A DNA stretch of 64,000 nucleotides from Octopus sinensis (lineage: Eukaryota): positions 32,426,001 to 32,490,000 of the forward strand of contig NC_043013.1 of assembly GCF_006345805.1 (NCBI RefSeq). Direction: 5' to 3'. Both the position numbers and the translations under genes were made by a program. Below the pieces are notes generated by a model. That model saw only the letters and a list, made by a program, of their open reading frames with translations. It ran no database searches and had not been told where the DNA came from. Shown one piece after another: positions 24,080-35,953 of this stretch; positions within the stretch are counted from its first letter, which is position 1; each line of letters begins with the position of its first letter.

Positions 24080-24770
24080 CCTCTATTTTTCTCCTCTCTC
24101 TCTTACTTTCTTTCTCCCTCTCTTCCTCTGACTTTTTCTCTCTCACTCACCCTTTCTCTCCCTCTATCATTCTAACTCTAACTCTCTCTCACTATCTCCC
24201 TCTTTCTCTCTTTCTCTCTTTCTCTCAATATCTCTCCTTTCTCTCTCCCTCACTCTCTCTCACTCACCCTCTCTCTCTCTCATTCTCCCTCGCTTTCTCA
24301 TTCTTCCTTTCTCCCATTTTCTTTCCCTTCCTTTCTCTCACACTCTCTCTCTCTCTCTCTCTCGCCCTCACGCCCTCACCCTCTCCCTCCCACCCTCGCT
24401 CTCTCACTAACTCCCTTTTTCTCTCCCTTACTCTCCCTCCCTCCATCTTTCTCGTTCTCTTTACCCTCTCTCTCCTCTCTTTCCTCTCTCCCTCCATTTC
24501 TCTGTCCATCTCTCTCCCCCTCTCTCCTTCCTTCCTCATTATCCCTCCATTTCTCTCTTTCTCTCTCCTCTCCCTCCCTCAATCTCCCTCCATCTCTCTA
24601 TCTCTCCCAATCTCTCATCTCTCCTTCTCTCACTCTCCTTCTATCTCACTCCTTCTATCTCACTCCCCTCTCCCATCCCTTCCTCACTCTCCCTCCATCT
24701 CCCTCGTTTTCTCTACCCTTTCTCTCTCCCCCTCTCTCTCCTCTCTCTCCCTCCTCTTCTCCTCCATCGC
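24080..24770. repeat. Degenerate (CT)-rich polypyrimidine tract
   Basis: Almost entirely C/T on the plus strand over ~700 bp. Confidence 0.9.
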
Positions 24771-25394
24771 CATACAACGATTTCAGCCTTGCTGCGAGAA
24801 GAATACGAATCTCGGTCTCTTATTCTTACCTTTTTTTCTGTTAACAATCCAAGTCTTCAACTACTTCATCCGCCGCCAGCTTCACAATTCTTCTGTTTTG
24901 TTTTGTTTTTTTTTTTGTTTTGTTTTGTTGTTGTTGTTGTATTTTGTTTTCGTTCTTTTAACTTTTTTTTTCTTTCTTTTTCTTCCACTTCATCCGTTTA
25001 AAGCTACGGAAACTGAAGCTGAGAAATTCCAACGATCCGGAAAGTGCTAATAAAGAAAAAGAAAAAAAAGGTTAACGAGGGAGAATATATTCGAATTTAA
25101 TGCGGTTTTAAAAGCTAGATATTTAAACATTTATTTAAATGCAAGACATTTTTAGTGTATCCCTCCAATTAATGTCAACTTTAAAATAAAAAGATCAACT
25201 TTTATAAATTGCAAATTATATCATTAATCCGATAGTCAGGAAAATTCTTTGATCCCGTTTAAAGAGGGATTAGGACCAATGAGAAGATGAATTCTACACA
25301 TAAATTCTTTCGTTATTTATTTCTGCTTCATCTCATCTGACCGTTAATTTCTAATTAAATACTGGAAGCAATTAGTAAATCGAAGAGTTGTTAA

Positions 25395-25425
<31 letters not shown>

Positions 25426-25628
25426 GCTACTGCTGCTGCTACTGCTGCTGCTGCTACTGCTGCTGCTGCTACTGCTGCTGCTACTGCTGCTGCTGCTACT
25501 GCTGCTGCTACTGCTGCTGCTGCTACTACTGCTGCTGCTACTGCTGCTGCTGCTACTGCTGCTGCTGCTACTGCTGCTGCTACTGCTGCTGCTGCTGCTA
25601 CTGCTGCTGCTACTGCTGCTGCTGCTAC

Positions 25629-25662
<34 letters not shown>

Positions 25663-25748
25663 TGCTGCTACTGCTGCTGCTACTGCTGCTGCTGCTACTG
25701 CTGCTGCTGCTACTGCTGCTGCTGCTACTGCTGCTGCTGCTGCTATGC

Positions 25749-25783
<35 letters not shown>

Positions 25784-25881
25784 CTGCTGCTGCTACTGCT
25801 GCTGCTGCTACTGCTGCTGCTACTGCTGCTGCTGCTACTGCTGCTGCTGCTACTGCTGCTGCTGCTACTGCTGCTGCTGCT

Positions 25882-25963
<82 letters not shown>

Positions 25964-25964
25964 C

Positions 25965-25999
<35 letters not shown>

Positions 26000-26102
26000 C
26001 TGCTGCTGCTGCTACTGCTGCTGCTGCTGCTACTGCTGCTGCTGCTACTGCTGCTGCTACTGCTGCTGCTGCTACTGCTGCTGCTACTGCTGCTGCTGCT
26101 AC

Positions 26103-26137
<35 letters not shown>

Positions 26138-26311
26138 CTGCAGATGATGATAATGACGACAACGACGACGATGATGGTGACGATGATGATGATGATGATG
26201 ATGAGGAGGAGGAGGAGGAGGAGGAGGAGGAGGAAGAGGAGGAGGAGGAGGAAGAGGAGGAGGAGGAGGAGGAAGAGGAGGAGGAGGAGGAAGAGGAGGA
26301 GGAGGAGGAGG
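25395..26311. repeat. Compound trinucleotide array: (CTG/CTA)n, then (GAT/GAC)n, then (GAG/GAA)n
   Basis: CTG/CTA 25395-26141, GAT/GAC 26143-26202, GAG/GAA 26203-26311. Confidence 0.97.
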
Positions 26312-26559
26312 ATGCCATTGTGGTTGGAGTTTTGGGTGTTCTTACTGCTTCTGCTGCTGTTGTCATCGTTGTTGATACCGATGCTAAAGTCAATCCAAAC
26401 ATGAAAACAGAAAGAGAAAGCACAACAACGCGAGGACGTGGAACAAATATAGTATTATTGGACGCTCAAGAAGGAAGGGAAGAAGGAGGGTTTAACGTTT
26501 CGAGCGGAGCTCTTCGTCAGAAACATAGGAAAAGGAAAGATCCAGAGAATGGAAGATTG

Positions 26560-27425
26560 AGGGAAAAAAATCGCCAACGGTACACACGCGGTCACATTTT
26601 GAACCACTATCGGTCTAACATCAGGCTAAAATCACTCCACTATTCTGTCCAACACCAGGCTAAAATCGGAATACACTGGACCAGAAGCTAATATGATCCC
26701 AGGGTCAGAGTTGATGCATTATCTGGGGGTTCACATGAGCAATGATACGACATTCTATGTGCATATTACCAAGATGGCAGCACTCTGCAGGCGAGTGACA
26801 AGATGGATTCTGAGGACATTCAGAACCAGGAGAAGAGAAGCCCTACTACCCCTATGGAAGACTTCCGTTCTCAGTCGCTTGGACTACTACTCCAAACTAT
26901 AGTCCCCAGAGAGTGTGAAACAAACTGTGGAACTTGGAGCAATCCAGCGCCAATGCACAAAGATCGATTCGATGCAAAGGATGGGCTACTGGAAGAGGAT
27001 AAAGGAGCTGAGTCTCTAGTCTCTGGAGAGAAGACGAGAGAGATATGCGGTGATATTATCTGGAAGATCTTGGCAGCTATACCAATCCTCGAACTGGACG
27101 GCACTGCATCATACCAAAGATTCGTCTACCCCATCTAAAATAAGGACTCAGTACTGCAATAGTCCGGGTTTCAAAGGCCCGCAATTGTTCAACATCCTTT
27201 AAGGCAACCTTAGCGATCTACATGGTGTTGATGAGGAAGTTTTCAAGGGACGTCTGGACAGGTTTCTATCTGAGATACCAGATGAACCCACATAGCGGCA
27301 GGAGACACAAAGAAGAGCAGCTCCGCCCAACTCACTACTTCGCCAAAAACAATACTGGAAACAACACCGAGTAACTATAAGTGGTGCACCAGCATGAGCT
27401 CAGCCCTGGGCTAAAAGATAAAAGA
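26560..27425 (+). mobile_element. CR1-type LINE, degenerate 3' part
   Basis: HYLGVHMSND...RWILRTFRTR...LWKTSVLSRLDYYSKL*...LSL*SLERRRERY. Confidence 0.82.
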
Positions 27426-27579
27426 TATATTGCATGTATGCGTGTGTACGAATGTGTGTGTGTGTGTGTGTGTTTATATTTATATGTATTTATATTTATC
27501 AAACATTGATATAAGTGCCAACGCACGAAACTCTCGACCCTTGGATCACTCTGCCGATTCTGCTAAATTTGAATAAAAA

Positions 27580-27741
27580 TGTGTGGCTGTGTGGTAAGAC
27601 GTTTGCTTCCAAACCACATGTTCCGGGTTCGGTCCCACTGCGTGGCACTTTGAGCAAGTGTCTTCTACTATTGCCTCGGGCCGACCAAAGCCGTGTGAGT
27701 GGATTTGGTAGACGGAAGCTGAAAGAAGTCCGTCATATATG

Positions 27742-27830
<89 letters not shown>

Positions 27831-28035
27831 TTGTATATCTGTGTTTGTCTCCCCACTTACCATCGGTTGACAACCGATACTTGTGTGTTTATGTCCCCGT
27901 AGCTAAGCGGTTTGGCAAAAGAGACTGATAGGATAAGTACTAGGCTTCCAAAGAATAAGTCCTGGGGTTGATCTGTTCAACTAAAGGTAGTGCTCCAGCA
28001 TGGCCGCAGTCAAATGAGTGAAACTAGTAAAAGAG
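27580..28035 (+). mobile_element. SINE family B (CORE-like) with expanded internal (TG)n
   Basis: Head, CORE-like block and tail all match other copies. Confidence 0.9.
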
Positions 28036-28200
28036 TATAAAAGCAAAAGAACACATATTTTGAGTTTTATTTTTCCTGTTTGCCTCGCCTTACAAACACC
28101 TTAATTTTAAAACGCGTAAATCGTTCAGGCGACTACTTTCAAAATATTCAACAGGCGATAACAGCTTTCGGTTCCTCTCCCATCATTAATTTAGCAAATA

Positions 28201-28425
28201 CAGTAACCCCACGACTATCGCAGGTGTTATCTTCCAATAACCGCTGCAATAGGTGAAAATCCGCGAAGTAGAAACAGTACTGTTGTATGTATATTTTTTC
28301 TATTATTTTTATAATTTTTTTGTATGTCTATTTTATCATAAGTACAAGACAACACTACGGAGGAATCGACGTAAGCTTAAATAATAAACCGCGATCGGTG
28401 AACCACAATATGGCGAGGATTACTG
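28201..28425. mobile_element. pogo/Tigger-like MITE, copy 1
   Basis: TA|CAGTAACCCC...GAGGATTACTG|TA; colinear with 28468-28693. Confidence 0.75.
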
Positions 28426-28428
28426 TAA

Positions 28429-28467
<39 letters not shown>

Positions 28468-28470
<3 letters not shown>

Positions 28471-28693
28471 TAATCCCTCGACTAACGCTAGTGTTGCGTT
28501 CCAAACCCCACGCAAGAGGTGAAAATCCGCGAAGTAGAAACATTACTGTACTGTATTTTGTTTTAGAATTTGTATATATTTATCCATATCTATCAAAATT
28601 TATTCTAAATGCAAAACAACACCTCGGAGGAATCGACGTTAGCATAAATAATGAACCGCAATAGGTGAACCGCGATATGGCGAGGAACTATTG
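28468..28693. mobile_element. pogo/Tigger-like MITE, copy 2 (diverged)
   Basis: TA|CAGTAATCCC...GAGGAACTATTG|TA; shares GGTGAAAATCCGCGAAGTAGAAAC and GGAGGAATCGACGT with copy 1. Confidence 0.75.
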
Positions 28694-29261
28694 TATGTGA
28701 ATGGCTGAACTCTAGTGAGCTGTGCAAAAAGATTTAAAGACATTCACAGAAGTCACTGTATCCGCTAAAGATCGAACTATCCATTCCCCTCACCGCGTGC
28801 CTTATTTCCTTTATCTTTTTTTCTAATTAGTTGAGACTAATTAGTTCGTTGTGCACGAACCCATTTCAAATACCTTTTGGATGATATTTTCCCCATTTTC
28901 GAGTTGTTGATTTAAACATTGTTCAACAATGTTTGCCTCAGTTCAATATATCATATGTCTTGATTAATGAAAGTTATTGTGCTCATCACATTAAATGTGT
29001 TAGCGCTTGTTGCAGTATTTGTTTTGAAATTGCAAGCAACAGCATCATCGTATAGTTGATTTCTGGATTCCACTTAAACCTACGCACTTTTCTTTTAGCC
29101 CTTTGCCTGCCCAAGTTTGTTCTAAACGTCCATGCTTCTTTTCAAACTTTTAGTTAGCCCTTGTTTGATACGTTCTGAGCAATATAAAGCTTTCCTTCCA
29201 TAAGTCGCAAGTCACTCTTATGGTTCAAAAAAATTAGGAATGTGTATCGTATGGAAGCACT

Positions 29262-29637
29262 CCGTCGGTTACAACGACGAGGGTTCCGGTTGATCCGAAT
29301 CAATGGAACAGCCTGCTCGTGAAATTAACGTGTAAGTGGCTGAGCACTCCACAGACACGTGTACCCTTAACGTAGTTCTCGGGGATATTCAGCGTGACAC
29401 AGAAAGTGACAAGGCCGGCCCTTTGAAATACAGGTACAACAGAAACAGGAAGTAAGAGTGAGAGAAAGTTGTGGTGAAAGAGTACAGCAGGGATCACCAC
29501 CATCTCCTGCCGGAGCCTCGTGGAGCTTTTAGGTGTTTTCGCTCAATAAACACTCACAACGCCCGGTCTGGGAATTGAAACCGCGATCCTATGACCGCGA
29601 GTCCGCTGCCCTAACCACTGGGCTATTGCGCCTCCAC
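29262..29637 (-). mobile_element. SINE family C (tRNA-Arg-like head), tail 1
   Basis: Minus strand GGAGGCGCAATAGCCCAGTGGTTAGGGCAGCGGACTCGCGGTC...TTCAATTCCCAGACCGGGCG; TCG at the anticodon-equivalent position. Confidence 0.88.
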
Positions 29638-29849
29638 GTATATCGTATATAATGCATGGACACCAGAGAAATACACAAGTCGCTTGTCCTATGAACCACA
29701 TGTGATACACAGGACAGGCAAAGCATTAAAAGGCACGAATGTGGTTGGCTAACGTTCATGCTTTTCGCTAAGAAACCATTTTCGACGTATTTGAAGTGAA
29801 CTGGCCTCTACGAGGTATCGAAGCAAGGTCTCTGGCGGGATATCTTACT

Positions 29850-30022
29850 CAGTGGCGTAGCTAGAATGTGAGCTGCCCAGGGCAACCTTTGAGTTTACCG
29901 CTCCCAACACAAGCTTATACAGTAGGCCGAAATGTGCTACCCCCATAGGAGGGTTCCCGGGGGCTGACCGCGACCCCTCATCGTTTCATCATCACCAACA
30001 CCACTCTCTAGCTACGTCACTG
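29850..30022. mobile_element. Small hAT-like MITE
   Basis: 15-bp TIRs CAGTGGCGTAGCTAG / CTAGCTACGTCACTG (one mismatch); no clear TSD. Confidence 0.7.
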
Positions 30023-30769
30023 GTTTTTCTATTGAGACACTGCTTTAGTTATTCATGAAAGTATTGACACCCTGCAGTGTTGAGTTAACTACGTCTCCGT
30101 TTTTGTATTAGAATACAAATATATATTTCTTTACTCGAAGATTTACGATGTTCTTTCTTCTCATAAAAGAAAATATTGTATTTTTTTCTCAGACATTTAA
30201 TTATAGCGGGGAGGAGAGATTTAGAATATAACACTCCTACTTAAAAGTGAAATAATGTTATAAAGAATTCTCTGTATAATAGAGGTTAGATGTTAATCGA
30301 TTAAGAGAAAAAAAAACAGTGAAACAACCGCTCGTGTTTTCTAGACGGTGCTTCTGTGAGTTCATTTCCTGGATATCATCTTTATCTTTAATTTGTTTCA
30401 TTCACTGGTCTGTGTCCATGCTGGAGTACTACCTCGAAGGGTTTAGTCAAACAAATCGAGCTACCCCTCACACACACAAACACACTCACCTCCCCTGTAC
30501 TTATATTTTGAAAACCTATCATTTCCGTTCAACCAAACCCCTAAGTTACATTTGTGTCCTTATTCTATATAAACAACTACATGGATCCCCTTCCCTATGT
30601 TGGATCTGGAACTTAGATTAAATCGTAAAACTAAATGTTGGTGTGCATGGGTATATACGAATATGTTTGTATATGGTATATACGCGGATGTGTAGATCTC
30701 AACCCTAACTTGGGGTCCTGAATATTTAAATACCTTTAACATTTTTAAACATCCCTACACATTTTTTCT

Positions 30770-30930
30770 CCGTGTTTTTTTTTTCTTTCTTTTTCCATTT
30801 TTGTTCCTATCAATCCTTTCTGTTGAAGAGCGTAAGTTCGAAACGTCAAAAACTTTTCCATTCTTCCTGAGCATTAAACTGTTTTCCTCACTTGTCTTCG
30901 ACTTTTGTTTTCTGTATAATTGAACTCTTT
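30770..30930 (+). mobile_element. Penelope-like pseudo-LTR fragment
   Basis: Homologous to 31940-32090, 50930-51110 (rc) and 53437-53630 (rc); the 50930 copy is linked to a Penelope-like ORF end. Confidence 0.7.
30816..30851 (+). ncRNA. Minimal type I hammerhead-like ribozyme motif, A6U core variant
   Basis: CTTT-CTGTTGA-A-GAGC-GTAA-GTTC-GAAA-CGT-C-AAAA: short stem I, stem II with one G.U pair, palindromic ACGT stem III. Confidence 0.55.
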
Positions 30931-30968
30931 CTTTTTCTCTCTCTCTCTCTCTCTCCTCTTTCTCTCTC

Positions 30969-31015
<47 letters not shown>

Positions 31016-31064
31016 ATATACATACATACATATATATATATATATATTTTTTTTTTTTACTTGT

Positions 31065-31445
31065 TTCAGTCATTTGACTGCGGCCATGCTGGAGCACCGC
31101 CTTTAGTCGAGCAACTCGACCCCGGGACTTATTCTTTGTAAGCCCAGTACTTATTCTATCGGTCTCTTTTGCCGAACCGCTAAGTAACGGGGACGTAAAC
31201 ACACTAGCATTGGTTGTCAAGCAATGCTAGGGGGACAAACACAGACACACAAACACACACATACATATAAGTATATATACGACAGGCTTCTTTCAGTTTC
31301 CGTCTACCAAATCCACTCACAAGGCTTTGGTTGGCCCGAGGCTATAGCAGAAGACACTTGCCCAAGATGCCACGCAGTGGGACTGAACCCGGAACCATGT
31401 GGTTGGTAAGCAAGCTACTTACCACACAGCCACTCCTGCGCCTAT
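31065..31445 (-). mobile_element. SINE family B (CORE-like), full length and little diverged
   Basis: Complete head ATAGGCGCAGGAGTGGCTGTGTGGTAAG through to the tail. Confidence 0.92.
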
Positions 31446-31479
31446 GTATATATATATTTGTATATATATGTATTCCTGC

Positions 31480-32090
31480 ATTCAGCTCCCCCTCCACCTA
31501 CCCACCTGCATACCACCTACCTCGGTACCCTCACTACGCACACACTGCTATGCAAACACCCATACACACTGTGCAACTTTACTCACTTCATACGCCATTA
31601 CACATACACACACCATTATCCACACACCCATACACAATCTTCAATAGCGTCACCACACATACCACTATACGAGCAGCCACACACACGTTTAACGCAGTAC
31701 ATACACAATACACCATCATACACATTTCCACACCCACACAATCACATAATACCTGAACACAGACAATGCACATCATTCTCACATACACACGCGTACTTGC
31801 TCACCTTAGTTCGTTGGAGTCACCGTTACCGTTATTATTATTATTATTATATTATTATTATCTCCCTTTCTTTCAACCCCTTTTTTCCAGTCATCTCGCC
31901 ATGTTGGACCGATGAACTCTGCACATTTTTTCTCTCTCCATTTTTTTTTTCTTCTTAATCCTTTCTGTCGAAGAGCTTAGACTCCAAACGTAAAAGACTT
32001 TCCATTTTTCCCGAGTGTTAAACTAATACACCTGCTTGTTATTCTTACACCCGTCTTCGTTTTCTGTAAATTTGAACTATATACATATAT
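31480..32090 (+). mobile_element. Penelope-like 3' region (CA-rich segment plus pseudo-LTR) with a mutated hammerhead motif at 31961-31996
   Basis: Similar to the reverse complement of 50930-51850; motif reads CTGTCGA-A-GAGC-TTAG-ACTC-CAAA-CGTA, i.e. GAAA changed to CAAA. Confidence 0.65.
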
Positions 32091-32704
32091 AGAGAGAGAA
32101 TGACTAGTGGTATTTGTTAGTGCTATTTGTGTCTCAGTTCATCTCACGCCGAGTTCAGCTTCACCTTGCTTTTTATCCTTTCGGGGGGGGGGGGGTCGAT
32201 AAATTAAGTTCCGTTCAAGTACAAGGTCTCACTCAATGTACTCTACCTATTTTTTAAGATGGTAAAGTGCGGTTTGAGGGTCATTTGTTAGTTATTTTTA
32301 GAGTGATAATATAAAGGCTGCCTTGTTGGCTCATGGTTCATGAAGAAGACATGTATTTCCTACGTATAGCATCGGATAAAATTGTCTTACAACAATTAGA
32401 AATTCGAAGTTAAAAATCCGACCAGCTTGAATTGGAGTTCCATTTTTGATGGAAACGCTGCTGCTGTGGCTGTTGGTGTTACTGTTATTATTGCTGTTGT
32501 AGTTGTTATTGCTGCTGCTGCTGCTGCTGCTGCTGCTGTAGTAGTTGTTGTTGTTGTTTTTCCAGTTTAGACCTGTCCAAGCAGACTATAATCAAAGGCA
32601 TCCTAAACCTGACCATTCAGTCTCAAGATTCTACCTATTTTGCTGCTGCTGCTGCTGTCGCCGCCGCCGCTCTACTTGTTGCTCTTGTTGTTGTTGTTGT
32701 TGTC

Positions 32705-33385
32705 TTCTTCTTCTTCTTCCAATCAGGACTCACACGCCATTAGCCACAAAGAATAATCTCTAATTTGAGCCTACTCTGAGCTACTAAGAATGCGTGTGGC
32801 AACTTGAAGATCTACCCACCACACGCGATAGACTGGCGGTTGCTCGGGGGCGAAAGCTACGTTGTTATCCTTATTCCGTAAACAGTGGCTTTTTTAACGG
32901 GTGGAGAGCTAAACCATCCTGGGGTACAGAGGATTCGCAATCTAGACTAGGGTCTGAAAATTTTACCACACCAGAGTGTGTTACACCATGGTTCCTCTAC
33001 TTTGTAGCAGAAGTAGGAAGACAGAGTGAGAGAAAGTTGTGGTGAAAGAGTACAGCGGGGTTCACCACCCCACGCCGGAGTCTCGTGGAGCTTAGGTGTT
33101 TCTTCCTCAATAAACACTCACAATGCCCGGTCTGGGAATCAAAACCGCGTTCTTACGACCGTGAGTCCGCTGCCCTAACCACTGGGCCATTGCGCCACTA
33201 CTGCTTCTGCTGCTGCCGCTGCCGCTGTACTTGTTGTTTTTGTTGCTGTTGTTGTCTTCTTCTTCTTCCAATCAGGACTCACGCCATTAGCCACAAAGAA
33301 TAATCTCTAATTCGAGCCTACTCGAAACCGCGTTCTTACGACCTCGAGTCCGCTGCCCTAACCACTGGGTCATTGCGCCTCCACT
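32705..33385 (-). mobile_element. SINE family C, tail 2 ending in (GAA)n, with a local partial duplication
   Basis: Head/body at 33020-33197; the tail block CCAATCAGGACTCAC...GAGCCTACTC occurs at ~32718 and ~33268. Confidence 0.75.
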
Positions 33386-34649
33386 GTTGCTGTTGTTGTT
33401 GTTGTTGTTTGGCTCCGGGTCAACCGTAATCGAGCTGATGTGAGATCAAAAGCATTCCAACTGTGAGCATCCTGTCTTCTTCGTAATTGCAAGAAACCCA
33501 GGAACGCATTATCTAACGTATTCTTTTTCAGTACGGTAGGAAATATTCTGAAGGAATTTGACTACTAATCCTAGCAATCAAGTAACTGCGTAGAGGCATC
33601 CACGTTTGCTTGATGATTACCAGTAATATTGCGTTGTGGATTCGATAAATCATAGGTATAGCCCTTTTAGAAAAGGTACCGGTTGACTACGCTGATGGTT
33701 GGTACCAGCCAACCCAGCGTAGTCACCCGACTTATTAAAAATAGTTGTAAAATATTTCTTATATCACACTTTCCCCTCTTTAAAAAATTAGGTATTTTTG
33801 GATAATACTTCAATAAATACAACTATGCCAAAAAATGACTGGGTAATTTTGGTTGGAATACCTGTTCGACCAGTAGTCTTTACCGGGGGCTAAATATCAG
33901 TAATAAGTTTGTGCAACGTGTCCAATAGATTAAAACAATCACCAGCCTATAACAACTATTTATTGTATCGAAAATAGTTAGATTAAGTTTAAAACTGACA
34001 CTGGCTGGGTTTCGTTCCGTTTTTTTTTTAATGTAACAGCAACGAAACTAAATACTACGAGGCATTTGATCCAGCGATCTCCCATTTCTGCTATTCCCCC
34101 GCTTTATTGCTTTACGTTAAATTGATGTTGGACCTTGTCAAAGACATAAAATTGACAACTGAAAACGGAGTGGAAATGTTACTTGATTAGTTCAAAACAT
34201 GTACAAGAAATGTCAGACATAAAATCCGTTACAGACATACTCTGTATCGATTTTTTTTTTCTTCCTATGTTAGCCACATGACCTATAAAATAAGATATTC
34301 TCGACATGGCTACATAATTGGTCGAATAAAATAGTCAACTGGCGCAACCAAACAACCGAAAGTTCCAACCATTGGCCGTATCATTTCATTATCACTATTG
34401 CCGTGCTATCTATAATAAAGAAATGTAATTCCAATGGGTGTACTCTAGCTAGCTATAAAATAGACAACTGTAAGCAGCTGAGAGGTTCTAGGTTTCATCA
34501 TATTCTGTTTATGGGTTTTATATCCATACATCTGATATTCAGTACAGTCAGTAATCGGTTACAATCCAGACGTGGCCAACTCATCTTTTTCCTATGTGCA
34601 GAGAACTCAAGACTATCTAACGTGTCCTTTCTTTAAAGCAATACGTGGG

Positions 34650-34815
34650 GAGGTACTTAGAAATTCCTGGTTTAAAGGGCTTAGAAAATCTGAAGGACCA
34701 CTACAATAAGTGTGTGAACCTTAGAGAGGAATATGTTGAATAAAATCATAACGAGCTGATCTTTTTATATTTTCTTTTACCCAAAGCCAGGAACTTTTCA
34801 GCACCACTTTGTAAG
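34650..34815 (+). mobile_element. Mariner 3' relic
   Basis: WFKGLENLKDHYNKCVNLREEYVE* followed by a TIR-like AACTTTTCAGCACCACTTTGTA. Confidence 0.65.
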
Positions 34816-35583
34816 TACAATGTTGTTTGAGAGAATTTGGTTGTTATTCTTAGTAAGTCAAGTGATCGCGTAGAGACCGCTTTAGTTATTTCCTTAATTA
34901 TCAATAATATTCCGTAATGAGTCGAGTAGACTATGTCCATCTCCCTCCAATTTAAGTTGGTACCAACCTATGGTGACAGGTCTCGCCTCTGTGGAGTCTC
35001 TTGAATTGCTAGAAATACCTGTAAACCAACGCTTGAAAGTCACTTCGTTCGCTCAATTATTGTCTAGATTCGCAATATAATTAATATTTAGAGTTGTCAA
35101 ATAATATAAGAGGCCGAAAGTGATTTTCGATAATTCCGTACGTTCCACTAATCGGAAATGGATCTTCGTCTCTGAAGAGATTTCAGTAGCCGACTCCAAA
35201 AGACGTTATGTAAAGAGAAACAATACCTAAAGTACGATCCTAGAAAAGCCAAGTATAGGATTAACAGACGATGTCTAACAACACCATTTCGTAACTGTAC
35301 ACCACAAGAGATTCCAAAGAAACAATGAAACAGTGTTATGAATAGTTATATCAATAATTTATGTATCTTGTGTCCAAATCCCACCAAAGTCGGCTTTGCC
35401 TTTCATCCTTTCGGGCTCGATAAGCTAAGTACCATTTGAAGACTGAAGTCAATCTAATCGATTTGTCCCCTCCCCTGGTGCCAAAATTTGAACGCAATAA
35501 TGTATGTATCTTGCAGAAACATTCTTTCAGAGTTTCCTTTGAACACACACATACCCACACTCACAAATACACACACTTTCCTG

Positions 35584-35645
<62 letters not shown>

Positions 35646-35953
35646 CCTTTCTTTCTCCCTATAAAAGTTTCCCCTAGATGTGTTTCCACTGCTTCAAATC
35701 CCTATTTATGCAATTCGTTTTGTGAACACTTTTCTTTTGATTTACTAAGTTAAATAAACACGGATTCCTCTCTCTCTCTCTCTCTCTCGCTCTCGCTCTC
35801 TCTCGCTCTCGCTCTCTCTCCCCCTCTCTCTCTCTCTCCTCTCTCCCCCCTCTCTATCTCTCTCTCTACTTTTCTTTTCCCTGCTATAATGGCCTCATTT
35901 CCTTGGAACTTGCTTGACTCATGACATCTCTACCCAACCGTTTGTATGTCACT

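Noticed and set aside
25388-26423. Long poly-Leu, poly-Ala, poly-Cys and poly-Ser ORFs
   Set aside because: They are translations of the trinucleotide array; phase slips break the frames and there is no flanking domain or splice evidence.
29560-29637. tRNA-Arg-like sequence (and other SINE heads) as tRNA genes
   Set aside because: They continue into SINE bodies, lack a proper acceptor stem and T-run terminator, and occur as diverged dispersed copies.
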